Shown here piece after piece: positions 30,648-42,495 of a stretch of DNA of 64,000 nt. Position 1 is the first letter of the stretch, and the number at the start of each line of letters is the position of its first letter. The stretch lies in sequence record OR539219.1, one strand, 5' to 3'. Both the position numbers and the translations under genes were made by a program. Below the pieces are notes generated by a model. That model saw nothing but the letters and a program-made list of their open reading frames with translations. It did no database searches and was not told the origin of the DNA. The stretch is from Escherichia phage vB-Eco-KMB39.

Positions 30648-31483
30648 TAGAATGCTCCTTGGAAAATATTATCACCACTAGTAGGTCTATTATACAAATA
30701 CTCTATGCCACCGGGTTTAATATAGTTCCATGTCTGAAACGGATGCGTCTGATATGGATGATATAGATTATAAGGATTAAATCCAGGAGTTCTCCAGGTA
30801 GTGTTCCAAGGAAAAGAATCGTTTTTAATCATCTTTTCAATTACATCTTTTATAGCTTTTTCACTATCAAAACTTTCTTTATTTTCATTCGATGGAAAAA
30901 GCTTATTCTCTACATCATTCCATGTATAAACTCGCTGTGCAGCTTTTGGAATATTGTCACGCTCTCCTCGAGCCATCCAATAAACAGGAACATTTAATAT
31001 TTCACTCGCATGATCGCAGTGGTGAGCGAGATCGTCAATATAACAAATTACGTTATATTTCTCTTTTGCCTTTTTGAACAACTCTTCTTTTGAAGAATCA
31101 TGACCACACATCAATACTTCTGAGAAGGCATCAGGAAAAAGAGCATTCAAATTAAATTGACGATTCAGCAGAGCGTCAATAGAATCACCCAGTGCTGTAA
31201 CAGCTACAAAATTATAATCTTCTTTTAATTTGTTAATTACACACAGGGCATCTTTATATGGAGACAAATAGCGAATAAAATCTGAACGATTATACTTTTC
31301 GATTAATTTAACACCAAGTTCTTCATCGCAATTAAAGAGCTTACCAGGAGAAATAAATTTTTCGTCCTGAATCATTTTTAAAATATGTTCCAACGGAAGA
31401 TTATATTTTTGGGCAAAATAAGGAAGGCCTGATTGCCAGCTTAAACATACTCCATCAATATCAGTTAAAATAGTAGGCTTCAT
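30647..31483 (-). CDS. hypothetical protein with HAD-like N-terminal motif (30.2-like)
   Basis: 278 aa; LTDIDGVC resembles HAD hydrolase motif I (DxDG[TV]). Confidence 0.55.
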   Translation of the reverse strand: MKPTILTDIDGVCLSWQSGLPYFAQKYNLPLEHILKMIQDEKFISPGKLFNCDEELGVKLIEKYNRSDFIRYLSPYKDALCVINKLKEDYNFVAVTALGDSIDALLNRQFNLNALFPDAFSEVLMCGHDSSKEELFKKAKEKYNVICYIDDLAHHCDHASEILNVPVYWMARGERDNIPKAAQRVYTWNDVENKLFPSNENKESFDSEKAIKDVIEKMIKNDSFPWNTTWRTPGFNPYNLYHPYQTHPFQTWNYIKPGGIEYLYNRPTSGDNIFQGAF

Positions 31484-31944
31484 AGAGAGTCTCTTAATAG
31501 GTTTAACACATCAATAAATTCAGCTTCGGTTAGTATTGTATCATCTTTTGTTAGACCACTAGCCATGCTATGCTTCAAAATTTTTCCTTTTGAGGCTTGT
31601 AAGGCATCACGAAACCCCTTGTTTTGGATCGCTGCTTCAAAATATGCATTTGTATACAATTCTTTCCACGCTGGAGAGTATCTTGAAAACGGAACTCCAA
31701 GCCAGAAGAGGGTCCCACGGTCTTGAGCTCTAGCATAAGACCTTCCAGCTTGTTGGGCGGCAAGCCCGGATAACCCAAATATACGACGTTGTTGTTCAGC
31801 ATTTTTCACCTTACATCCTTGAAGGAATCCTTCGAGACCTCCAAATTGGATACCATCCATAACGAAAGGCCATTGGGCGAAATTGCTTAATGCACATGAT
31901 GGCCATCTAAAATTGCTTCTTATTTCTAGCTCAGACATTTTCAA
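31480..31944 (-). CDS. NADAR / YbiA-like domain protein (30.3-like)
   Basis: 154 aa; ALSNFAQWPFVMDGIQFGGLEGFLQGCK resembles YbiA motif DFSNFAAWP..VDG...SEHYFQAQK. Confidence 0.6.
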   Translation of the reverse strand: MKMSELEIRSNFRWPSCALSNFAQWPFVMDGIQFGGLEGFLQGCKVKNAEQQRRIFGLSGLAAQQAGRSYARAQDRGTLFWLGVPFSRYSPAWKELYTNAYFEAAIQNKGFRDALQASKGKILKHSMASGLTKDDTILTEAEFIDVLNLLRDSL

Positions 31945-32137
31945 TACTTATAATTTCAACATCAGCCCAATGACCATAGCAAGGAAGACGAAATTCAACT
32001 GGCCAGTTAGGGTCCTTTTCTAATATAATAGACTTAACTTGTGGTTCTTCATGTTCATCGGTATACGGACCTTTATACGTTACTTTATATGTGACCTTAA
32101 TGTACTGAATTCCAAAAATCTTATTAATTATATTCAT
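31931..32137 (-). CDS. hypothetical protein
   Basis: 68 aa, overlapping coupled ORF. Confidence 0.45.
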   Translation of the reverse strand: MNIINKIFGIQYIKVTYKVTYKGPYTDEHEEPQVKSIILEKDPNWPVEFRLPCYGHWADVEIISIENV

Positions 32138-32331
32138 ACTAATTCCTTTAATCCATAGATAGGAGATAATTCATCACCCATACGAAGGTCTTCATTTCCA
32201 TCTACCCAGGAAACAATATAAGCCTCTTTTATTTGAATACCACTCCATTTAAATGGAGGTAGAACCTTAGAAATTAATCCAGGTATACCGACTCCCTTTA
32301 ATTCAACAGTTTGACCCAAAAAGAATTTCAT
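32134..32331 (-). CDS. hypothetical protein
   Basis: 65 aa, coupled ORF. Confidence 0.45.
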   Translation of the reverse strand: MKFFLGQTVELKGVGIPGLISKVLPPFKWSGIQIKEAYIVSWVDGNEDLRMGDELSPIYGLKELV

Positions 32332-32618
32332 TAGAACCTCATCTGAAAACCATGCGATTTAACATTACCGCCGTCAATATCAGAAATGTTAATTTCACGC
32401 GCAATTGAAGGGTCAATGTCAATTTCACGATTGAGTTTAGCGATAGCTAGAGTATCACGCCCATTTACAGTACGGAACTCTAAAGGGCAGACTGCATTAA
32501 CATAGTTTTTAATCGATTCACTGGTAGGCTGCAAATGAGCAGGAAGGTCTTTAGGCGCCTTAGAGAAAACTACTTCGCAAAAATTTTTACGAGTATCAAA
32601 ATAAGTAGTCATAAACAT
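32331..32618 (-). CDS. hypothetical protein
   Basis: 95 aa; GAGGAAAA RBS after UUCG hairpin. Confidence 0.5.
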   Translation of the reverse strand: MFMTTYFDTRKNFCEVVFSKAPKDLPAHLQPTSESIKNYVNAVCPLEFRTVNGRDTLAIAKLNREIDIDPSIAREINISDIDGGNVKSHGFQMRF

Positions 32619-32635
32619 AGTATTTTCCTCAGTAA

Positions 32636-32649
32636 GGGGCCGAAGCCCC
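32636..32649 (-). terminator. UUCG hairpin within early operon
   Basis: - strand GGGGC-TTCG-GCCCC between ORFs 32659-33024 and 32331-32618. Confidence 0.45.
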
Positions 32650-32658
32650 TATTTTATT

Positions 32659-33024
32659 TTAAATATCAAATTCATTAAGAACTACATCAAAGATTGCTTC
32701 AAGATGCTCAGGTTTAGCTCTGTTGCTCAGAATATGACGAATCCAAGTTTTAACCAGAAGCTTGCGATTAACGCCATTCCAACAAGGATGAGTACCTAAA
32801 TCACGTTGACGGAAATCATCATCTAATGCGATTTTAAAGGAAGAACCTTCTTTCGTGATTGAAACCGTGATGCCATTTTCAAATCGCATATAAACGTAGT
32901 TAGGAGTCATATACTGTTCAATTTCGCATACTGATCCATTTTGATGTTTCCAAAGGCAGATAGTATCAATAGAACCTGCAATACCATTAGAAACATATTT
33001 ACGTTCAAAGTTGATGTAGTTCAT
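32659..33024 (-). CDS. hypothetical protein
   Basis: 121 aa; early-type promoter upstream. Confidence 0.5.
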   Translation of the reverse strand: MNYINFERKYVSNGIAGSIDTICLWKHQNGSVCEIEQYMTPNYVYMRFENGITVSITKEGSSFKIALDDDFRQRDLGTHPCWNGVNRKLLVKTWIRHILSNRAKPEHLEAIFDVVLNEFDI

Positions 33025-33061
33025 TTTTATTCTCCGAGATGTTTAATTGCGGTACAGGTAT

Positions 33062-33090
33062 ATAATATCATATCCTGTACCAAAGTAAAC
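33062..33090 (-). promoter_or_regulatory. T4-type early promoter (GTTTAC, TGaTATTAT)
   Basis: GTTTAC-N17-TATTAT with TG extension; -10 sits between 8-bp inverted repeats GGTACAGG / CCTGTACC. Confidence 0.55.
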
Positions 33091-33092
33091 AA

Positions 33093-33425
33093 TTATTTTA
33101 CTACTTTCCAGTGCTGCATGTCAAGTTTGCCAACTTTTTTCATCTTCTCAATTAAGCGTTCGGCACGTTGGCGAGCTGTAACATAATACCATTCACCTAA
33201 TTCATTTTGTTCAATTTTTCCAACGATTACTGTATTCAACTCATAAATCCAACCGGTAAAGAAATTATGAACTTGAATTGTAAAGGTGAAATCTGTTCCC
33301 ATACCTTCTGTTGTTTCTACTTCAATAATATCACCTTCAACTGCCATTAAGAACCACATAGTTTCATCATATTTACCATTGAAGCATTTAGTTTTAACTG
33401 TAGCGTTCAGATTAATCGTTTTCAT
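33093..33425 (-). CDS. hypothetical protein
   Basis: 110 aa; early-type promoter and GGAG RBS upstream. Confidence 0.5.
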   Translation of the reverse strand: MKTINLNATVKTKCFNGKYDETMWFLMAVEGDIIEVETTEGMGTDFTFTIQVHNFFTGWIYELNTVIVGKIEQNELGEWYYVTARQRAERLIEKMKKVGKLDMQHWKVVK

Positions 33426-33452
33426 TTTATTCTCCTTTGTTTGTGTAAGATA

Positions 33453-33482
33453 ATACTATCACAAAGGAACTATACTGTAAAC
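33453..33482 (-). promoter_or_regulatory. T4-type early promoter (GTTTAC, TGaTAGTAT)
   Basis: Motif upstream of ORF 33093-33425, downstream of terminator. Confidence 0.55.
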
Positions 33483-33510
33483 AACTTTGTGCAATCTTTG
33501 GAAAATAAAA

Positions 33511-33532
33511 AAGGACTCCCGAAGGAGTCCTT
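33511..33532 (-). terminator. rho-independent terminator
   Basis: - strand AAGGACTCC-TTCG-GGAGTCCTT followed by T-run. Confidence 0.65.
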
Positions 33533-33535
33533 AAC

Positions 33536-33754
33536 TTATGCTTTCTGCTTACCAAAACGAGAAGCATCATCTCGAAGAACCGCACGTGCTCGGCGCATGA
33601 TCTTCTCAACAGTTTGATTAATACGAGAGTTCGACCCACGCTTGTAACCAGCGCGTTTAGAATCACCAACTTTCTTTTCAACTGCTTTCTTTGCTTTAGC
33701 TTGTTTTGCCATTATAAATTCTCTTTTAAATGAAAATGCAGGACTTATTGGCAT
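33536..33754 (-). CDS. small basic protein (start uncertain; ATG at 33712 gives 58 aa)
   Basis: Lys/Arg-rich ORF MAKQAKAKKAVEKK...; terminator after stop. Confidence 0.4.
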   Translation of the reverse strand: MPISPAFSFKREFIMAKQAKAKKAVEKKVGDSKRAGYKRGSNSRINQTVEKIMRRARAVLRDDASRFGKQKA

Positions 33755-33831
33755 TGCCTGCGCAAGCCCTCAAGGGGAACATAGGTTTTATATATTTACC
33801 GACAGGATAACCATAAACCTCGTCAACATAA

Positions 33832-34080
33832 TTACTTCAGTGTTACCACAAAGTGACGAACTGCTTTTCGTGCAGCAGAAGCCAGAGGCTTAGCATATTT
33901 AAGTTCATCTTTTTCCTGAAGCTCAGCAGCTAATGCAGTTTGAGCAGGATTCAGATGTTTGAAATAACGCAGGATTTCAAGAGCTTCGGCTTCAACATCA
34001 ATAGATGCGCCATAGTTTTCGTGACCATTATTCCATGCGTTTCGTTGCAGTTCAAGAGCGTGTTGTAATTGTTTAATCAT
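33832..34080 (-). CDS. rIII: lysis inhibition accessory protein rIII
   Basis: 82 aa ORF directly downstream of gene 31, matching T4 rIII size and position as I recall them; TATAAATA late promoter upstream. Confidence 0.6.
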   Translation of the reverse strand: MIKQLQHALELQRNAWNNGHENYGASIDVEAEALEILRYFKHLNPAQTALAAELQEKDELKYAKPLASAARKAVRHFVVTLK

Positions 34081-34219
34081 TTAAAAATTCTCGTTAGAGA
34101 TTAAAACTCGGTAGTCACGTTCTTCTGAATTTCATCTTCTTTCGACAGATCTCTCAGTTGTAGACTACCACGTAGAATTGTTCGGTTAACTTATTATTCC
34201 GACACCCAATTCATATTAT

Positions 34220-34227
34220 TATTTATA
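34220..34227 (-). promoter_or_regulatory. late promoter core TATAAATA (rIII)
   Basis: Reverse-strand exact match directly 3' of gene 31 stop. Confidence 0.5.
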
Positions 34228-34563
34228 TCACTTATAAAGACATGGAATAGCTTTATAATGACATGTTACGAATTTTTGTTTAATTTCTTTTGGCTGCTTA
34301 AGACCCAGAGCTACAAAAGGATGCGGAACATTTCGAATTTGACCAACTGGAAGAGAAGTCAAATCACCAACTTCGCAGAAACCTTCAGGAACATCAGGAC
34401 CAACAGAGTGAACTACACACAGTTCAGGAACTTCACCTTGAACACGTTTACCGATAATGAGTCCTGATTCTGTAACTTCTTCATCACCAGCTTGCGCAGG
34501 TTCAGAAACTAAAATAACAAATTCACCGACAGCACGAATTGGTAGCTGTTGTACTTCAGACAT
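34228..34563 (-). CDS. 31: co-chaperonin gp31 (GroES analogue)
   Basis: 111 aa, [30 protein letters not shown]...; MotA-box promoter upstream. Confidence 0.9.
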   Translation of the reverse strand: MSEVQQLPIRAVGEFVILVSEPAQAGDEEVTESGLIIGKRVQGEVPELCVVHSVGPDVPEGFCEVGDLTSLPVGQIRNVPHPFVALGLKQPKEIKQKFVTCHYKAIPCLYK

Positions 34564-34593
34564 TGTTTTTCCTTTTTGTTAACAGATGAATTA

Positions 34594-34618
34594 ATAATAA
34601 CAAATAATTCTTAAAGCA
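34594..34618 (-). promoter_or_regulatory. MotA-box middle promoter upstream of gene 31
   Basis: - strand AAATGCTTTA, 12-bp spacer, TATTAT. Confidence 0.5.
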
Positions 34619-34619
34619 T

Positions 34620-34928
34620 TTATTTACCAATAAATTGAAGCAAATGCTCAACTTTCATACCATTAACAGAAATCAATTTGTCAATAGAAAAACCTCGCCA
34701 TGCACCGAGTTCAACATCAAATATCGGAATCATATCAGTAGATTCTTTCCGAGTAGATTCAGTCAATTTACCGGTTTGCATAGTTGGCATAAAGTCAGCA
34801 TCACGAGTGCCTTTCATAGTACGAATAGTACCATCAGACTTTTCAAAAACCACGTTTGAAATACCCATGGACAATTTAGTTTTCAAAATTTCACGAATTG
34901 CTACTTTCTGTTCAGTTGTCAATTTCAT
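34620..34928 (-). CDS. hypothetical protein (31.1-like)
   Basis: 102 aa ORF. Confidence 0.5.
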   Translation of the reverse strand: MKLTTEQKVAIREILKTKLSMGISNVVFEKSDGTIRTMKGTRDADFMPTMQTGKLTESTRKESTDMIPIFDVELGAWRGFSIDKLISVNGMKVEHLLQFIGK

Positions 34929-35165
34929 TTATTTACCTATTACAGTTTTAATATGGGTTGTTCCACGTTCTTTAAGAGTGGAAAGCAATTTTTGGCATTT
35001 TTCTAAATCAGATTTCCAACTATACGGTCTATCAATACAAACCCATTCTGACTTATAATACTGCTTCCATTTAGAGAAAAAATATTTCTTATACTCTACA
35101 GCAAATGAAATGTTCTCGTTAGAATAAGAACTAATTGCTGTGAGCTGTACCAAACGAAATTTCAT
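34929..35165 (-). CDS. hypothetical protein (31.2-like)
   Basis: 78 aa ORF coupled to cd. Confidence 0.45.
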   Translation of the reverse strand: MKFRLVQLTAISSYSNENISFAVEYKKYFFSKWKQYYKSEWVCIDRPYSWKSDLEKCQKLLSTLKERGTTHIKTVIGK

Positions 35166-35746
35166 TATTCACCACAGAATTCGTTGATATTTTCCCAATT
35201 TAACTTATTTAAGTTTTTCTTAGGAACATTAAACACTTCAATACCCGCATTTCGCAGAATATCATCCCAGCCAGGTTTATTTTTATCGTATGTTTCGCAA
35301 TAAACCAACTTTTTAATTCCAGATTGAGCTATCGCTTTTGCACAATCTGGGCAAGGAGAAAGTGTTACATACATAGTAGCACCTTCAATTGAAGAACCAT
35401 TTCGCGCAGCAAACAAAATCGCATTTAGTTCAGCATGAATTTCATTTTTAGACGACCATTCAGAGTGAGCGCTACGGTGTTCTTTCGCCAAGACAAAGCG
35501 ATCAGTTGAACCAAATGATACGCATTCAGGCTTATGGCCTTGAATGATAGTGTGTTTAGGCTTATTCAACAACCAACCTTGCTCAGCAGCATAATCACAA
35601 CAGTTCACACCTCCTGCGGGTGAACCATTATATCCGGTAGAAATAATACGTCCATTCTTTTCAATTACTGCTCCTACCTTCCAGGAGCAACATTTTGATT
35701 CTTGTGATACTAAATATGCAATTTGAAGTACTGTACTCGCTTTCAT
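35165..35746 (-). CDS. cd: dCMP deaminase
   Basis: 193 aa; zinc-binding deaminase motifs HAELNA...PCPDCAKAI. Confidence 0.9.
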   Translation of the reverse strand: MKASTVLQIAYLVSQESKCCSWKVGAVIEKNGRIISTGYNGSPAGGVNCCDYAAEQGWLLNKPKHTIIQGHKPECVSFGSTDRFVLAKEHRSAHSEWSSKNEIHAELNAILFAARNGSSIEGATMYVTLSPCPDCAKAIAQSGIKKLVYCETYDKNKPGWDDILRNAGIEVFNVPKKNLNKLNWENINEFCGE

Positions 35747-36081
35747 TTCATAATCACCAGATAAGCAGATTTAGCAGTTTCAACACGATAAATTTCGTGA
35801 CGAAGTTTAGTTATACTTTTAATAACAGAACTAATTATATTCTGCCCATCTTTAAAGCGGTTTTTCTTATCAATAAAAATTGCGCCAACCATCTTTTTGT
35901 GAAGCTCAACTGGATACTTCGTCACAATAATAGCATCATATACAGAAGGATGAATACTATTTACTAGAGTGTCATTCATTAAAGTTATTCTAATGAACTG
36001 TGCTGTTTCAGAGTCAAGCGCTCTATGATCGCCAGTATCATTTTCAAGACAATTATCAATTATATCAGTTAAATTCATCAT
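35743..36081 (-). CDS. hypothetical protein
   Basis: 112 aa coupled ORF. Confidence 0.45.
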   Translation of the reverse strand: MMNLTDIIDNCLENDTGDHRALDSETAQFIRITLMNDTLVNSIHPSVYDAIIVTKYPVELHKKMVGAIFIDKKNRFKDGQNIISSVIKSITKLRHEIYRVETAKSAYLVIMK

Positions 36082-36314
36082 AGTACGCCATACACCCTTT
36101 GTGCTTCAACTAATCCATCAAAATCCAATTTGAGATGTGTTATTTGATCACCATCACCTGGATTCACAATTACTAATACTGAACGAGGAGTTTCGGTAAT
36201 AACACGAACCGATGTTTCAGGAAATCGTTCAGAAACCTTATTTACCAATTCCTGAGCAAATAGTTTAACTTTTTCTTGGAATTCTTTAACAGTAATTGGT
36301 TTTTCACTTAGCAT
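36078..36314 (-). CDS. hypothetical protein
   Basis: 78 aa; early-type promoter upstream. Confidence 0.45.
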   Translation of the reverse strand: MLSEKPITVKEFQEKVKLFAQELVNKVSERFPETSVRVITETPRSVLVIVNPGDGDQITHLKLDFDGLVEAQRVYGVL

Positions 36315-36344
36315 TTCAATTTCCTCATTTGTTTTGGTAGAGCT

Positions 36345-36374
36345 ATAATATCACAACTCTACCAAAAAGTAAAC
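36345..36374 (-). promoter_or_regulatory. T4-type early promoter (GTTTAC, TGaTATTAT)
   Basis: Motif upstream of ORF 36078-36314; -10 flanked by GGTAGAG / CTCTACC. Confidence 0.55.
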
Positions 36375-36376
36375 TA

Positions 36377-36658
36377 TTAAATTGCCTTGAATTCTGATGT
36401 CTGTGATTCAAAGCGAATATCGCCTTTGATGACTAGCTCAGCATCAAGACCAAATACGACAATGATATGCGCGGAACCCGGATACAGCGTAATTGCAATA
36501 GAATCCACCTGGTCTGGAAGCAAAGTATTCAATACATGAGTCACTTGAGCATGAATTCGAAGCTCGGCTGCGTTATCAAGCTTTTCAAACATATTATTAG
36601 CGATAATTTGACTAAACACTACTTCTACGATTTTAGAATAAGTCGGAAACATATTCAC
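36377..36658 (-). CDS. hypothetical protein
   Basis: 93 aa ORF. Confidence 0.45.
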   Translation of the reverse strand: MNMFPTYSKIVEVVFSQIIANNMFEKLDNAAELRIHAQVTHVLNTLLPDQVDSIAITLYPGSAHIIVVFGLDAELVIKGDIRFESQTSEFKAI

Positions 36659-36847
36659 CTCACATAATTTTCTTCAAGCCAATTAATAACATCCAACGCA
36701 TTATCAAAAGTTGAACCATCTACTATTTCTTCTGTTTCATAATCAAGAATATCTAAGTCTACTCTTCCATCAACAATAGGCCATAAACAAAATAGATATT
36801 TCTTTTCTTTTTCAATTTTATCACAAAGTTGATAAATCTTTTCTATG

Positions 36848-36855
<8 letters not shown>
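36655..36855 (-). CDS. hypothetical protein
   Basis: 66 aa ORF. Confidence 0.4.
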
Positions 36856-38266
<1,411 letters not shown>

Positions 38267-38270
<4 letters not shown>

Positions 38271-38497
38271 TTATTTTTCTCAACTAATGATTGAATATAA
38301 TCATGCAGATCTTTAGACGCCTTAGCCCAATTATTTTGATATTCATTTTTAAGATTAGCACGTGATTGAGCTAATAAAACATCATTAGTTGGAGGTAAAG
38401 ATTCTAACCGCTGAATCTGGCGTCCGTAAATCATTGCAGCCATCTCGGATTCATAAATCAATCCTTTGAGATGTTCAAATTGATGCCATGAAATCAT
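38267..38497 (-). CDS. hypothetical protein
   Basis: 76 aa coupled ORF. Confidence 0.45.
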
Positions 38498-38793
38498 TTA
38501 CATTTATCCTCTTTTAACTCTTGACGATAATAACATATCATAGTTTTTTGATCATGTACATATCGTTTTACATCATTAAGCCAAATACGAAATTCCTGGG
38601 AATCTTCAAATGGCATACCGACCCAAGCTTTACCATCAATAACTTTAACTTGCCAAGATAGTTTAGCTTCGTCATATGACTTTATTTGTACAGGCCAATT
38701 AGGATGAACTGTTTCTTTCTTTACTTCTAGAGGCTTTGTCGAACAACCAACTAGAAGACCAATAGATAATATTACTGCTGATAGTTTAATCAT
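38494..38793 (-). CDS. outer-membrane spanin (lipoprotein, o-spanin)
   Basis: 99 aa; signal peptide plus lipobox LLVGC; overlaps end of the upstream i-spanin-like gene. Confidence 0.6.
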   Translation of the reverse strand: MIKLSAVILSIGLLVGCSTKPLEVKKETVHPNWPVQIKSYDEAKLSWQVKVIDGKAWVGMPFEDSQEFRIWLNDVKRYVHDQKTMICYYRQELKEDKCK

Positions 38794-39143
38794 TTAGAAA
38801 GGTCCTGGATGTCTTCTGCGAACTTGTTGAAGGAGCTGTTGATTTGTTTTTCAACCAATCCTGGCTTACGAGCCACCACATCCGCCTTCTTTGCGTCTTT
38901 GCGCAGCTTTTCATTTTCACGCTCAATAGCAGCAATTGCCTCACGATTTTTATTATTCATCGCGTCAATATAATTATACTGAATTCGCAAATTATTTAAT
39001 GCTAAGGCGTTTTCATTGGCCGTTTTTGTAATTTCAGTAACTGATGTTTCTAATCTTTCTACCTTATTTTTTAAAATAATAGATGTTCCGCCTAATGCTA
39101 TTACAATTAATAGCAAACCTGCTGTAGTATTACTTAATTGCAT
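38790..39143 (-). CDS. inner-membrane spanin (i-spanin)
   Basis: 117 aa; N-terminal TM helix (GLLLIVIALGGTSIIL) followed by coiled-coil-like periplasmic segment. Confidence 0.6.
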   Translation of the reverse strand: MQLSNTTAGLLLIVIALGGTSIILKNKVERLETSVTEITKTANENALALNNLRIQYNYIDAMNNKNREAIAAIERENEKLRKDAKKADVVARKPGLVEKQINSSFNKFAEDIQDLSK

Positions 39144-39637
39144 AAAGTTTTAATAACCTCTACAATATCATCTTGAGAAAGACCGTTAATTAAAATATGA
39201 TGTTCAGCCGGAGATTTAGAAATTTTAAAGCATGCCTCAACATCTTCTGCCATATCCGATGCACTACGATTTGGATTACTAATTCCAAGACGATGCTTTC
39301 CAGTCAAAGGATTAACGATGATATAGCATTTACAGCTATTGATATGAACATTGGGCTGAGTCTGATTAATGAACACTTCGCACTCATACTTAGCGAGTTG
39401 ATTTTCTAAAAAGACTTTCATCTCTTCAACCGCATCAGGAAGCATATCGCGGGCTTGCTCAAGACGACGATTTCGATATTCTTTAATGGCAGTTTTCCGC
39501 TTGACTTGCTTAGCTAAATCTTTCTTAAGATCGGTGATATATCCAACTCGACGATTTCCTTTGAATACAGAAATCCCATCTGTAGTATCACCGTATGCTT
39601 CAACGACCATCTCAGTAGTAATAAGCTGCAAATCCAT
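39134..39637 (-). CDS. alc: Alc, inhibitor of host transcription on dC-DNA
   Basis: 167 aa; position between rnlA and spanins; own early promoter. Confidence 0.7.
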   Translation of the reverse strand: MDLQLITTEMVVEAYGDTTDGISVFKGNRRVGYITDLKKDLAKQVKRKTAIKEYRNRRLEQARDMLPDAVEEMKVFLENQLAKYECEVFINQTQPNVHINSCKCYIIVNPLTGKHRLGISNPNRSASDMAEDVEACFKISKSPAEHHILINGLSQDDIVEVIKTLCN

Positions 39638-39668
39638 TATAAAGTCCTCATGTTATGTCAGTAAGATT

Positions 39669-39698
39669 ATTATAACACAACACGAGGGACTTGTAAAC
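39669..39698 (-). promoter_or_regulatory. T4-type early promoter (GTTTAC, TATAAT) for alc
   Basis: About 50-bp block nearly identical to the promoter at 24496-24525. Confidence 0.6.
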
Positions 39699-39701
39699 AG
39701 C

Positions 39702-41289
<1,588 letters not shown>

Positions 41290-41297
41290 AATAAAAT

Positions 41298-41311
41298 GGG
41301 CCTTGCGGCCC
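41298..41311 (-). terminator. hairpin between nrdB and denA
   Basis: - strand GGGCC-GCAA-GGCCC. Confidence 0.45.
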
Positions 41312-41316
41312 ACTCC

Positions 41317-42495
41317 TTAAAAGTATTTTTTAAAACTCATCATAACTTTATCATCAACATCATTATCAATCTGTGCAACAAGATAAGATGACAGTTCTAC
41401 TTCTTGCGGCGCGGATTGAACATTATCAGAATTAAGGTATTCACGAATCCAAGGATATGGATGTTTAACCGGAGCATCGGTAATTGGGCATGGAAGACCA
41501 CACTGTTTCATACGAGATACAGTTAAGTAATCAATAAAGCTCCACATGCTATTTGTATTTAATCCAGGAACATCGCCATCTTTAAATAAATGAACTGCCC
41601 AATCTTTTTCTTGGCGGTTAACTTCCATGAAAATATCAACTGCTTCTTGTTCACACTCTTTGGCAATTTTAACCCATTCATCACCATCAGTGCCAAGTTG
41701 AAGTTGACGAATAATATACTGGGTGCCTTTAAGGTGGAGTTGTTCGTCTCGAGCAATGAATTTCATAATCTTCGCATTACCTTCCATGATTTCCATATTT
41801 TTATGGAAGTTGAAAGTACATGCAAAGGATACATAAAAACGAATAGCTTCCAGGGCATTGATAACATGAAGGCAGAGATAAAGCGACTTCATCAATGCAT
41901 ATTTACATTCTTCCACATGCATAAGACTATTTGAATATGCATCTAAATCATATTCATTTTCGGAAAAACATTTAAAAATTTCTTTTGCATTTTCCCATTC
42001 GCGCGTCTTAACCAGAACATCATCATAATAACGACCAATAGATTCAGCACGTTTCATGATAGCTTTATCTAATACAATCTCATCAAATACCTTTGACGGA
42101 TCAGTATAAAGATTTCGCATAATATGAGTGTATGAACGACTGTGAATAGTTTCACTAAAAGTCCATGTAGCAACCCATGTATCAAGACTTGGGTCTGAAA
42201 TTAACGACATAAGTACAGCAGACGGTGCACGACCCTGAATGCTATCTAGAAGTGATTGATACTTCAGGTTATTAGTAAAAATATCTTGCTGATATTGAGG
42301 AAGCTTGTTAAATTGCGCAGCATCCATCATTAAGTTTACTTCTTCAGGACGCCAGAAAAATGACAACTGCTTTTCGGTTAAATCTTCAAAAACTTTATGA
42401 CGTTGAATATCGTAACGCGCAATACCAAGACCTGAACCGAAGAACATAGGTTCTTTTAAAACATCAACTGGATTTGTATTAAAAACTGTAGACAT
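41317..42495 (-). CDS. nrdB: ribonucleotide reductase small subunit, uninterrupted
   Basis: 392 aa from ATG 42495 (MSTVFNTNP...); continuous reading frame; start overlaps mobE stop (TAATG). Confidence 0.9.
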   Translation of the reverse strand: MSTVFNTNPVDVLKEPMFFGSGLGIARYDIQRHKVFEDLTEKQLSFFWRPEEVNLMMDAAQFNKLPQYQQDIFTNNLKYQSLLDSIQGRAPSAVLMSLISDPSLDTWVATWTFSETIHSRSYTHIMRNLYTDPSKVFDEIVLDKAIMKRAESIGRYYDDVLVKTREWENAKEIFKCFSENEYDLDAYSNSLMHVEECKYALMKSLYLCLHVINALEAIRFYVSFACTFNFHKNMEIMEGNAKIMKFIARDEQLHLKGTQYIIRQLQLGTDGDEWVKIAKECEQEAVDIFMEVNRQEKDWAVHLFKDGDVPGLNTNSMWSFIDYLTVSRMKQCGLPCPITDAPVKHPYPWIREYLNSDNVQSAPQEVELSSYLVAQIDNDVDDKVMMSFKKYF

